DNA of 63,858 nucleotides, the filler included, from Conidiobolus incongruus B7586 (lineage: Eukaryota): NCBI GenBank assembly GCA_000697335.1. It is 34 parts of 34 records of this genome, joined end to end, with 100 filler letters (N's around TTAATTAATTAA, not from the genome) between each part and the next. Parts side by side here need not be neighbours in the genome. Positions count along the whole stretch, not along the records: positions 29,581 to 30,732 come from JNEM01001042.1; positions 30,833 to 32,044 come from JNEM01001467.1; positions 32,145 to 35,565 come from JNEM01001468.1; positions 35,666 to 38,994 come from JNEM01001469.1; positions 39,095 to 42,359 come from JNEM01001470.1; 29 more parts are not named here. One strand, 5' to 3'. The translations under genes were made by a program, and so were the position numbers. Below the pieces are notes generated by a model. The model was not told the DNA's origin. It made no database searches and saw only the letters and a list, made by a program, of their open reading frames with translations. Position 1 is the first letter of the stretch, and every line of letters begins with the position of its first letter. Shown here one piece after another: positions 29,581-41,840 of this stretch.

Positions 29581-29676
29581 ATATAATTTTTTAATAATAA
29601 TTTTAATTACAGGTGTTTTTTCTTAAAATATAAGTAGTATCTATATTAATATAAAATATATATAATAATATTAATA
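29581..29676 (-). mobile_element. Internal fragment of a Tc1-like copy that was the target of a second Tc1 copy
   Basis: Matches internal transposase sequence (compare 30545-30636) and ends abruptly at a TA abutting the terminal repeat of the next copy. Confidence 0.8.
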
Positions 29677-30732
29677 TAATAACTTGTAAAAATAAGTTAT
29701 ACAATCAAAAACACTTATTTTTTTACTAATAACTTAATTAATATACAATAAAATAAACCTAAATTAAATAATTAAACTCTATTATATTTATTAATTATAT
29801 ATATCATTAAATGATAATATTTAGCTATTAATTAGCTAAAATATAAATCCTTAAATTTTACCTAGGGTAAGTTATAAATTTATAGGTTTTTGGTGATAAA
29901 AAAAATTAAAACATAGTATATCTACCTTTAGCTTTTCTAACTTCTTTAAATTTGTAAGGTATAGAATTAATTAACTTCTTACACTAAAAGAAGTTAATTT
30001 TATTCTATGCTTCTTGAATATATTTTTAAAGTTAATTTAAATTTTTTGTTAGGGGGAAAGCTTTAATAACTTTTTTTAACTAATCCTAAAAGTATTTAAA
30101 TAGATTAAAGTTAAAAGTTTGAAAAAGCTACTTTATAACTATTATCTTATTATTTTTAAGCTCTTTGATAATAGAAACTATAATATAACAAAAAGCATCA
30201 TCTTATTAAAAAATAATATTAGATTTATTTAACTTATATTTTTTAATAATGTTTTTCAATTCATTATTTAGAATATTTTAATATATTTTAATATTAATTC
30301 CTCTATTAACTTTATAAAGATACCTTACACTTAAAGATAATATATATTTTTAAACAATAATTAACTTATTATTATATTTTTGGGTAAAATTAACATAATA
30401 GTTACAAAGTAGATCTATATCTTTTCTAAAGCATTTAGCTTTTTTATTAAATCTACTAAAATATATTTTTGTTTTATTAAACTAAATAACCTTATTCTAA
30501 TTAATTTTAGTTTAATATTAATATTGACATTTAAACTCCTATTTAATTTTACAATAGGATTTTTTTAGTTAAAAGTATTTTTTTAAAATCTCAGTAGAAT
30601 CTATATTAATATAAAGTATATATAATAATATTAATGCTAACTAATATTCTTATATAGTTTTATAATTCCTGTTATATTTTTATACTAATACTATATTTAC
30701 TTATATTAACTAACCTATAAACATACTTCTTA
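29677..30732 (-). mobile_element. Tc1-like transposon, dead copy (right end plus most of the transposase)
   Basis: Begins with terminal repeat TAATAACTTGTAAAAATAAGTTATACAATCAAAAACAC. Reverse complement aligns to the family. Confidence 0.9.
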
Positions 30733-30832
30733 NNNNNNNNNNNNNNNNNNNNNNNNNNNNNNNNNNNNNNNNNNNNTTAATTAATTAANNNNNNNNNNNN
30801 NNNNNNNNNNNNNNNNNNNNNNNNNNNNNNNN

Positions 30833-32044
30833 ATAATATTAGTATTAAAATACCTAAATCCCTTTTTAAAAAGATTTACTTATATATTAATTAACTTTAT
30901 AGTAAAGGTAAATTAACTTATAAGATTGCTGGAATTATTAGTGTTAGCTAGTTTACTATAGTTAAAGCTATTAAAAATTATGGTAAAGATATATTTAAAC
31001 TTAAATTTAAGTGTGTTAAGATTATAAATAAATATAATAAAAGGTATATTTATAGGTTAGTTAATATAAGTAAGTGTAATATTATTATAGAAGTATAGAA
31101 AAAAATATAAGACTATATAAGAATATTAGTTAGTACTAATACTATTATACATACTTTATATTATAATAAATATCACTTGTACTTTAAGAAAAAACACCCC
31201 CAATTAAAGAAGTTTTATTGTAAAGCTAAACAAGAGTTTAAATATCACTATTAAAGTTGAATTAAAACTAATAAAAGTAAGGTTATTTAGTTTAATAAAA
31301 CAAAAATATACCTTAATAAATCTAATGGAAAAGCTAAATATTTTAAAAAAAAAACAAAGAATTACTTTATAACCATTATGTTATTTTAACCCAAAAATAT
31401 AATAATAGGTTAATTATAGTTTAGGGATATATATTACCTTTTAATATAAAATATCTTTGTAAAATTGATAGGGAAATTAATATTAAAATATATTAAAATA
31501 TTTTAAATAATAAATTAAAAAAAATTATTAAATAATATAGATTAAATAAATCAGATGTTATTTTCTAACAAGATAAAACTTGTTGTTATATTATTATTTC
31601 TATTACCAAATAGTTTAAAAATAATAAAATAATATTTATAAAGTGGTATTTTTTAATCTTTTAATTTTAATCTAATTAAATACCTTTAGGATTAGTTAAA
31701 AAAATAGTTAAAGCTTTTTTATCAGTAAAAAATTTAAATAAGCTTTAAAAATATATTTAAGAAGCTTAGAATAAAATTAATCTTTTTTAATATAAGAAGT
31801 TAGTTGATTTTATACCTTATAAACTTAAAGAAATTAAGAAAGTAAAAGATAGATATATTAAGTTTTAATTTTCTTTTTATAACTAAAATACACAAATTTA
31901 TAACTCACTTGAGGTAAAATTTAAATTTTAATTTATCAACTAAAAATTAATATAATTGGTTTAAATATACTTAATTATAAATGAATAATATAAGTTTATT
32001 ATATATTTTAATTTAAATTAATTTAATTAAAAATTAATAGAGAT
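30833..32044 (+). mobile_element. Tc1-like transposon, dead copy (second subfamily)
   Basis: ATACCTAAATCC start relic at 30850; AAGAAAAAACACCCCCAA (KKKHPQ) at ~31186. 3' flank shared with the 25813 copy. Confidence 0.9.
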
Positions 32045-35000
32045 NNNNNNNNNNNNNNNNNNNNNNNNNNNNNNNNNNNNNNNNNNNNTTAATTAATTAA
32101 NNNNNNNNNNNNNNNNNNNNNNNNNNNNNNNNNNNNNNNNNNNNTATATATATATTCTATAAGTACAAAAGCTTGAAACTTAATGTTTTACAATACAAAA
32201 TTTGAAAATTTCAAACTGAGTACAATATGTCAGTTATTATTTAATTCTTATTTCAAAATATTATTATGTTAAAATTCAATTTAATAATGAAAGATATTCG
32301 ATTCTATCTATATATTTCATAATGATTAATTTTCCTCATTGAACTCTTTAATAAAATCAAAGACATAAAATTTATGTAATTGATTTCAATAGAAATGGGG
32401 ACCTTAAAGTTTCAAAGTTAAAAAAGTAAAATGCTATAAATAATATATAAAAATGATATTACCTTTATATCATATTAATAAAAATATTATCTATAAACTG
32501 ACCTGGATTCATTTATTCTGGATCATTTTAAAAATATATCATATACTATAAGTGCTAAATAAAATAAAAATATAAAATTTAATATTGTTTTGGATCAATG
32601 GTAAAAAAATATTTAGATATTTTTTATTTAATTAAAAATTATATATTATTGTTGATTATTAACTAATAATATTTGAATTCAAATATTGGAGAAAATTTAA
32701 AAATCACTATATTAAATATAAGTATAAAAATATACAAGATATATTGAATTATAAAAGTTTCATTAGTTTAAAACAAAAAATTAAAATTTTTTAATATTAT
32801 TAACCATTAAAACAAATATATTAAATTAATAGTTCAGTTTACTTTAATAATTACTAATATTTTTTAAAGTTAAAATATAGGCAATATATTTAATATTGAT
32901 TTTTAAATTAATTATAATATAAAAACATAATTTTGATAATTTTGAGAATATTATTATATAAAGAGAATTAATGTTTTCATATCAGATATTTTAATATAAA
33001 TCATTATTCTAATAAAATATCCAATATAATTTTATAATATATTTCAAATACTATATATGTAAACATACTTTATTAATATTTAATTTAATTTTTGCTATAA
33101 ATTTTCCAAATTATTTAAAAGTATATAAATAATCACTTGAGGCAGTGGGTTATTTAATGTTTGAATTTATATTGCGAGTTTTATGAATTTTTTTGCAAAT
33201 AATGGATCAAAATCTTTGCAAAGATTTAGTATTTTAAAATCAATAATCAACTACTAAATTTTAAAAAATATAAGAAATAATTAAACTAATATTTATTGAT
33301 AATAAAAAACCTATTATATACAATTTGAAATAATAATACAATTAATTTTTATTATGACTATAAGGCTTAAATTAGTTTAGAAAAATATTAAATGGATACC
33401 TTATATATTAAATACATTTCAAAAGTTTTAAATTAGAATAAAGAATATAATATTATCATATATATACTCAGAATTATAGTTGAATTAGGTAAATCCTTTT
33501 TTAAATAACATTTGGATCTTTGTATTTATTTTATTATATAAATATCAACCTTAGACATATATTAGATCAAATCAAAAACCCGTCCAAGTTGAAATAAATA
33601 CAATTCATTTATAAAAAATGCCAGAGTTAATAATATTATTATGAATATTAAGGCACCTGGTACTTTTTTACTTTGAAAGGCTGAAAGGATTACACTAGTA
33701 AATTATATTTCTTATTTATGTACCAAATTATAGCTCAATAGACCAAAAAGCAGATTTTATAGCTTTTGAATTTTGCATAATAATTTTATATTTAATAAAG
33801 AAAATAAGGTAAAAAACTGCTAAATTCAAGTGTCAGGGGAAGAATTACTTCATCCAATATATAACGATGACTCTAATCATTGTAATTTTAACTGTGTTGG
33901 TAAAGTAAAATATTGCTAGAAAAGAATTCAACTTAAATCAATTAAAAAAGAGAGAAGCATCAAGTTTTAATGATAAACAACAAAGGAAACATTTCGAATC
34001 TTCAAAAACTTTCTGATGTATAAAATATTTTATATAAAAACAAGGGAGTCATGATTTACTTATATAACATTATATATATTATAATATGTTTAGAATATTG
34101 AAATTAAAAAAGCATATTTATTTAGTTTATAATTAGATAATAAATCAATCATAATTTATGATTGATTAACAAATTTATAAGTAATTTATTGTTAAGAAAG
34201 TATTCATGAATGACATAATAATAATGATATAGGTCAAATAACATTATATTCGCAATTAACGAATATATTTAATTTTATAGTAATGATAGGATGATACCGC
34301 AGTGATATGTAATAAGTAATAAAGAAGTTAGACATTTTCCATATCACAAGAACGAGCTAAAAATTTAAAAACTATTCTGAGTTAACGTATATTGAGTTTT
34401 ATGAATACAACATATTTTAAACATAGGTCTTAATATGAATAAAAATATTAAAAATTGTATATACTATGAGACTTCAATAACTGAGTAGAATAATTTTTAA
34501 TTATTCTATAAAATAATATTTTTTTGTTCCAGATTTTTGATGATGAATTTTGCAAAATTTTTAATTTGAGATATTTGATCTATTTAATTATAAAAATATT
34601 GAAAAAAAACTTGTCATATTGGAATTTGATATTTTTCTCTGAATATATTGCTATCTTATCAATTAACAATTTAATCAAATTATTTATCTTAATATCTATC
34701 AGTTATATTGTTTATACTATAAGATTTTCGAACTTTACGATTGAATCCAATAATTTTGAACATTAAAATTATTATGATAAACTTCTTTTTCCTGTGTTTT
34801 ACCTTAGCTTTTACTATTAAATGTTATTTATTTACATATTCAGCTGTATCCCAAATATCATTTTATGCATTTTGATTCATATAAGATTCTTTTTGATTGA
34901 TAGAATTGATTATCTTTTTGCTTTCTCATAAATAGCTAGTTTATTCATTTTTTATTAATCACTATTTTACTTAAATTAATAATACTATTCCTATTATTCA

Positions 35001-35109
35001 TTATATATATTTAATAATATATATGATTTTAAATCAACTAGAACTATTAGATAAAAAATATTTATATTTTATCAAATTTTAATTTTTGATTACTAAGTCT
35101 TCCTTTGCA

Positions 35110-35565
35110 TTATATTTTATAGCATTAGATCAAAAAGAAATGACAAATTTTTTAAATTCTGATTTTTCAAATATATTGCTAGTTTTGAATAATTAATATA
35201 TATACTTAATAATTATTATTTATTAAAATCTTTCTGATTTAAAATTCAAGGTTAAATTTAATTATATTTAAAATAAATAGTGATTATTAAAAGTTTTTTA
35301 TTTTAATATTATTAAAACTTAACCATAAAATATCTAAAAACATTTTAAATCAACTAATAACTTAAAATAATAGTGTTTTATTTAAATTTACCATTTGTCA
35401 TTAGATTTGCCATTTTAATAGTAAAAAAATTTTATTTAATATTTATTTGAATTTATAATTTCAATTTAAATAAGAAAATAATCTAAGTAATATAATATTT
35501 ATTGTATATATATATATATATATATATATCAAATTTTAAACTTAGATTAATTAATAACAATATAA
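35110..35565 (+). mobile_element. Mariner 5' fragment, degraded
   Basis: AAATAGTGATTATTAAAAGTTTTTTATTTTAATATTATTAAAACTTAACCATAAAAT (~35275-35331) matches the family 5' coding region. Confidence 0.7.
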
Positions 35566-38065
35566 NNNNNNNNNNNNNNNNNNNNNNNNNNNNNNNNNNN
35601 NNNNNNNNNTTAATTAATTAANNNNNNNNNNNNNNNNNNNNNNNNNNNNNNNNNNNNNNNNNNNNTATGAAATAATATTCAAAAGAAATTTTAATTCAAA
35701 ATTAAATAATATTAATTATATATTATAAGTTAATATATGATATAAAAGAATATAATTAATTAATTTTGCAACAAAATACTATTGTATTTAAAAATCTGAA
35801 ATGGATATTATTAATTTATTTGATAGTAATATCTATAAAATAAGTATTTTGCATAAAAATTAATATATTTAGTCATTTATTAGATGAAATGTTCCTAATA
35901 TTTTTAAATCAATTGAGGTTTGTTGTGATCTGATTAACAATATATGAGATCATTTTATATGTTATTTAGTCATTGTAATATATCGAATTTATGATTTTAA
36001 TCACAATATTTGATAAATAGAAACTGAATATATGATCCTATGTTTGTATTTTCAAAATTATAAAATTCTGATAATAAATTTCATATAAATTTTATTAAAT
36101 CAATAAAATAAAACTTGCCAATTTTTTCAAAACCGAATATATTATAGAATCGTTGATAATAAAAAATCTAATGTAGTTATAATGGTTTTTATTATAATTT
36201 TTGATATTAGTATATTATTTTTACTTATATATATAGCTATACGCAATAATATTTGACTAGTTGCAAAATAACGTCAAAAATATAAACGATATATAAAATA
36301 TTAATAAGCTAAATTAATTAGTCCAAGGTGTATATTTGGTCATATATAAGAAAAAGGATATAGATATATTAATAAAAATGGTGTTCAAAAATTGATCTAG
36401 TTATAAATTGTTCAATATATATATATAATTGTGTGGGATTAAAAGATATCATATTGAAATTTTGATATATTTTTTTAATTAATATTAGGAATATTGTATT
36501 CTTATTTTAAAAAAATAAAAACTTGTTTGAAATATTTTATCAGTTTCTGTAATCAATTTGTATCCAATTTGTCTTTCTTATTCTTACAGTATTATTATAA
36601 ATATTATTAATTTTTTTATTATCAATATCTTTTCTATTTGAAATATTCTAAATATAATATTTTGGAACCTCCAACTTGAATTTTTTTAATATATTATAAA
36701 GTCACCATATGTATAATTATATTTTTTTTAAATGTCATTATTTTTTTAATATATGAAATTGAATATCTATATATATTTTATTGTTTAAATTATAATTTAT
36801 TTAAAAAACATTGTTTTTAAATATAATTTTTTATTAATATCTACAGTATGCTAATATAATATAAATAATATATTAAATTATTATAGCAAATTTAAAATAT
36901 CAAAAAAATATAATATAAGTATATCTATAATATATATAATTGGTAATATAACTATACAAAACTTGGTGATTTTTTTGTCAATTTTAATTTATCTCCAATT
37001 GAAAACAATTTTAATAATGAGTTTGAATTTAATTTTGGATAGGGTTATAAATAAAAAATTTTAAAATTATAGATAATATTTTAATTACATTTATTAAATA
37101 TACGAATGATTACACATGACTAGAAAATATTGAAAATTAGAAATATGTATTTTTAATCTTGATAAACTACTTAGGCAGTTAATTCAAAGTATAATATCCA
37201 AAATATAACATTTTCAATAAATATTTATTAAACTATAAGAGGAATTAATTTCATATATGGAGTTAAAATTTTAATGATATATAATTAATTATTTCATCAA
37301 TTCTTTATGGATATATTATCTAATTAGAAAATCCATTTAATTTGATAAGAAAAATTATTTTTAAGTTGAAAAAATATTTATAGTTAATATTTTATTTAAT
37401 TGAGATAATAAATATTATACTATTAATTATTATCTCTTGAATATTAAAATTTTCTAATAAATCTTTATAAATTCTCTTTACTTATCTCATTTCTATTTTT
37501 TTAATATTAATAAGTTTGAGAAGTAAAGTAAATAATGGCTTCAAGATTTAGTAACAATAAATAATTGGCGAGAATAATAATTCTATAAATATTATTTAAT
37601 TATAATAAAGAGTAATTTGTTCATCAAGTAAGTTTGGGTGATTGACATAATAATCATTATACCTAACATACCTATCACTTCTGTGATTAATTATTAAGAT
37701 AATTTCAATTATTGCAATCACTATTTTCGATAGATATACCTATTTAATGTGTGATTAGTTTCATTGTATTGATTATTATCATTATAATCATTACAAGAGA
37801 TTTTTGCTAGTTTTATGACTCAAACATATCGCATTCAATATTTATAATTTAACTTTGGTAATGAATTAATCAATTTTTTAACAATTTAATTTATTATATT
37901 CAATGGAAAAAAGATTGATTAAAAAGATTCAAGTTGTGTGTAATATTCAATCTATTTAAGTATAGCTAATATTATTATTTATATATATTAATTTGATAAT
38001 TTTATAGAAATAAAACGATATATGGTATGTTTATTTAATATAATTATTGACAATTGTTTACATAA

Positions 38066-38438
38066 CTAGCAAAATCCATGGAGGTGGAACTTAATAAAGA
38101 GATAATCAGCACAAATGCCACCATCGCTAATAGGATTAAATTCACCTTGAACTTCCTCGACAATAAGACCATTATGTCCCTTACCATCATGAAAGGCTAA
38201 TAGGGTAGATTCAGTACCTAATATAGAGATTTAATTTTGACATCAGGAAGTTCAATACAACCCTAGGGAGCTTCAACTTCAAAATTTTAATGTCCGCCTA
38301 TATAAATTTCTTCACAAAAGATGTGGGAATCTATAGAATAATTAGAGCTAGACCAACAAGAATGCCACAAAGATAAGCCTGGAATTTATCCCAAGTGACA
38401 ATAGAGATGACAATGATAACTAATATTACAAATTTCAT
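38066..38438 (-). pseudogene. Pseudogene of a small secreted protein
   Basis: MKFVILVIIVISIVT signal-like start; then ...HIFCEEIYIGGH*NFEVEAP*GCIELPDVKIKSLY and GTESTLLAFHDGKGHNGLIVEEVQGEFNPISDGGICADYLFIKFHLHGFC* in different frames; GC-richer island. Confidence 0.65.
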
Positions 38439-38648
38439 TTTTAAACTAATTTTTGCTATGATTGATAGAATAATCATCATGTTTATATAATATCATATTT
38501 AATATCAAGTTTTAGGTTTAAAGGTTTTCTTAAAATATCAATATCTAATTCTATTAAATATAATAATATAAAGTGAGTTAATGTTATAACAGTAAATAAA
38601 GCTAAAAATAAAATATAAAAAAATATAAATATCTTATATTTATTATAA

Positions 38649-38994
38649 TATGAGCATAATAGTAATTAAACCAATATAATATAGAGGAAGGCTTGATATA
38701 AGAGTAATATGACACAGAATATGGCAAGATAATGTGGGATATAGTGTGCAAATATAAACAAAGTTTAATTAAGCTTTAAATTAAGATAAGTTATCAATAT
38801 ATTAAAATTTATATTAGGTAATATTAATATATTATAATATTAATAAAATATAATCTTAATTTTAAAAATAATATAAATATAAAATATAATAAGAATAGAG
38901 AAAAAAAATAAACTTAGTTTATTAAATAATTTATTACTATTTATACAATTAATTTGGCTATAAAAATATAAATTAATCATATAATTTATAGTCA
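38649..38994 (-). mobile_element. LTR of the chromovirus family (truncated by contig end)
   Basis: Matches 3052-3375, e.g. ATAGTGTGCAAATATAAA and AAAGTTTAATTAA. Confidence 0.85.
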
Positions 38995-39421
38995 NNNNNN
39001 NNNNNNNNNNNNNNNNNNNNNNNNNNNNNNNNNNNNNNTTAATTAATTAANNNNNNNNNNNNNNNNNNNNNNNNNNNNNNNNNNNNNNNNNNNNTATTAT
39101 CAAAATTAAATTTAAATAAAATATTATAATGAGTAAGGAGAAATATTATAAATTAGTTAAATATTATAAAAATTAAATTATTGAATTATAGTTTAGGATG
39201 AAGATTGTATTTAACATTAAAGCTTATTATATTAAAGTATTGAAATATTTCAATAATAAATTTATTATTTGAATATTGACTATATTAATATATTAAATTC
39301 GACTTGGTACTTGGTATTGAAAAAAAATTAATATATATTAAATAATTATTAATTTAAAAAAAATGTGAATATGTTGGTTAAATTTAGAATAAAAGTTGGA
39401 TTCTAAAAATAAAATTTGAAT

Positions 39422-40207
39422 TTATTGTTGGTGATGTTTAACATTAATTAAATAAGGCAAGAAATTATAATCATATCGTATACCAGGGTGATATCCAAAG
39501 GCTTCCAATTGATTATAGAGTGCAAGGATAGTCGTGCAGTAGAGACCAAATGGTGCGAACAAATGCCATATACCGTGAAGTGGGATATAAAAGGGCATTA
39601 TACGACGGAAAATCTCCCACTGGCATCCCCAGTTGTCCAAATGCCATACTACCCATCCTGCAAAACAGAATTTGGCTCCAAGTTTGAACACCTCGCGACC
39701 GTCGGAATCAGGTTCTAATTGAGTGTAGATCTTATATCCACGCCATAAAAGATAATATACAACAGCACCGAATACGCCTCTGAAGAAGTGGATTTGGAAT
39801 AAGCCCTTGGAGTATGCAGTAAAGTAGGAGCATAACGTGCATAGGACAGTGATCAATGGACCGACCCATGTGGGCAAGTTGGTATGTTCCGTCTCAAGCA
39901 CAATATAAAACACCAAGAAAGCACCCCACAGCATCGGTAACTCATCCATGGCCTGAGTATAGTCTTTCAAGGTCATATGGAACATAAAGCTTCCTAAGCC
40001 TACTATTGATATAATTCGAATAGCCCACCTTTGCCTCCAATTAATTAAAAAACATTTTCTCAAGGCATACTCTGCCATAATACACATAATAAGGGAGGAG
40101 AAGGAATTATAAAATTCTGCTACGTAATTTGTCACAACGTAATTAGGTTCACACCAGTCTACGGAGCTAGTGATTTCGCCCCAGTAACCACTGTTAGCAA
40201 TATGCAT
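39422..40207 (-). CDS. Alkaline ceramidase (ACER3/YPC1/YDC1 family, CREST superfamily), 261 aa, intronless
   Basis: GYWG..TSSVDWCEPNY...YVAEFYNSFSS, GSFMFHMTL, DELPM and HGIWH motifs; about 7 hydrophobic segments; GC-richer than flanks. Confidence 0.95.
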   Translation of the reverse strand: MHIANSGYWGEITSSVDWCEPNYVVTNYVAEFYNSFSSLIMCIMAEYALRKCFLINWRQRWAIRIISIVGLGSFMFHMTLKDYTQAMDELPMLWGAFLVFYIVLETEHTNLPTWVGPLITVLCTLCSYFTAYSKGLFQIHFFRGVFGAVVYYLLWRGYKIYTQLEPDSDGREVFKLGAKFCFAGWVVWHLDNWGCQWEIFRRIMPFYIPLHGIWHLFAPFGLYCTTILALYNQLEAFGYHPGIRYDYNFLPYLINVKHHQQ

Positions 40208-41635
40208 ATTTTATAAAAAGATTTTAAATATATATATATATTTTATTTTAATAAATAATTCTATTTTTAAATTTTATTATTATTATTATTATTATAAAGT
40301 ATATTATATTTAATTAAATAATTTTAAATTTTGAAAAAAAAATATTAATGTAAATTTGATTATTTATAATCCTTTAAATAATATGAGAAAGATAATCAAA
40401 TCAAGGTTACGGGTAATCAAATATTTCGTTAACCTAAATTAGGCAAATGATGTCATTGGATAAAGAGATAAATGGATGTTGATGTTTTGATATTGTGGAA
40501 CGATTAGGATTCAGTACTCATTAATGATTATTAATTATTTATTTTGTATTGATGTGTTGATTTTTAACTGGTAAAATGAAGGAATTATATCCTATATTAT
40601 CAAACCTAAAAGCCAAGTCTTGTTTTTCTCTATAATAATTGAATGTGGTAATTTTTAAGGTAACCCTACTTAATTATATTTATCCCTTAATAAAAGTAAT
40701 AATAACGACATCTAGTTTTTCCACATTTTTTCTCTATTAACCCTAATGCTAATTAATTATAATATCCACATAATTCCTTTTCGATGAAATATTTGAATAA
40801 CAATAAAATATTATTTTAAGCGTTTCACTGTATCTAACATAATATATTTTAAGTGTATATATATATATATAGGAAATAAATAGCAAATGAATTTTATAAA
40901 AGTGATCAAAATAAATCAACACTTGGATTTCATAAAATTATAAAAATAAGCAAAACATGTGAATTTGTATTGATTGAATTTATTTATTCCCTAAAATCGA
41001 AATTTAATACCAATATTTCCTAATATGGTTTTTAGAACCGATTGAAAGTTTAATGAAATTACTTTTTATAAATATTCAAAATTACAAAGTATAAGTTTAT
41101 ATAAAGATTTTAAATTATGATTATAATTCAAGGTGAACCATTAAATTTCACAATTTCAAAGTTGTTGAAAATATTTAATTTGATAAAGATTATGAAAATT
41201 AATAATTATAATATTATACTGATGTGAACTTTTGAAATTGGAAATGTTTGAACTGGTTATTTATCGGTTAATATAAAATAAACAGATTTTAAAATATGGA
41301 TATTACTATCTTAAAAAATCATTCTATACTTGAAAACTCAACCTATTATACTGTGTAGTTAATTTTTAAAACAATGAATACCTAGATTCAAGTAATATAA
41401 AATAGGTTGTAAATTTATTTATTTTATGATATCTATTAATTATTTATTCTAAAATTTCACTTTAAATATTAGTATCAATTATTAGAATGCAGTTATTGAA
41501 TTAATTAATTAATCAGTTAAATAATATTATCAACATATAAAAAATTTAAATGGGTAAACTTGATCGTTGATTATATAATGCTTCGTAAAAAACCGGTTAC
41601 TATGGTTAAAAATATCAATATTATACTAAGTTAAA

Positions 41636-41840
41636 TGTCACAGATTGATAACAACTCTCAGAATTCCCATAAATCACAACGCGACTCACTCCTCTATAAA
41701 TAGTTAGACAATATAATTCTATACACAGGAGAAGTGGACTCTAGTATAGTCAGTCTATTGATCAATCTTTTTTGGTTTAGCTTCCTCTGCACCCTGACTC
41801 TGCTTAATTAGTCCAATAAATCTACTGACCATCTAGTACA
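41636..41840 (+). mobile_element. Putative solo LTR, 205 bp
   Basis: TGT...ACA termini; TTAAA on both sides (41631-35, 41841-45); internal TATAAATA and AATAAA; GC-richer island. The TSD is low-complexity. Confidence 0.6.

Noticed and set aside
39488..39718. 76-aa plus-strand ORF
   Set aside because: Antisense shadow of the ceramidase gene.
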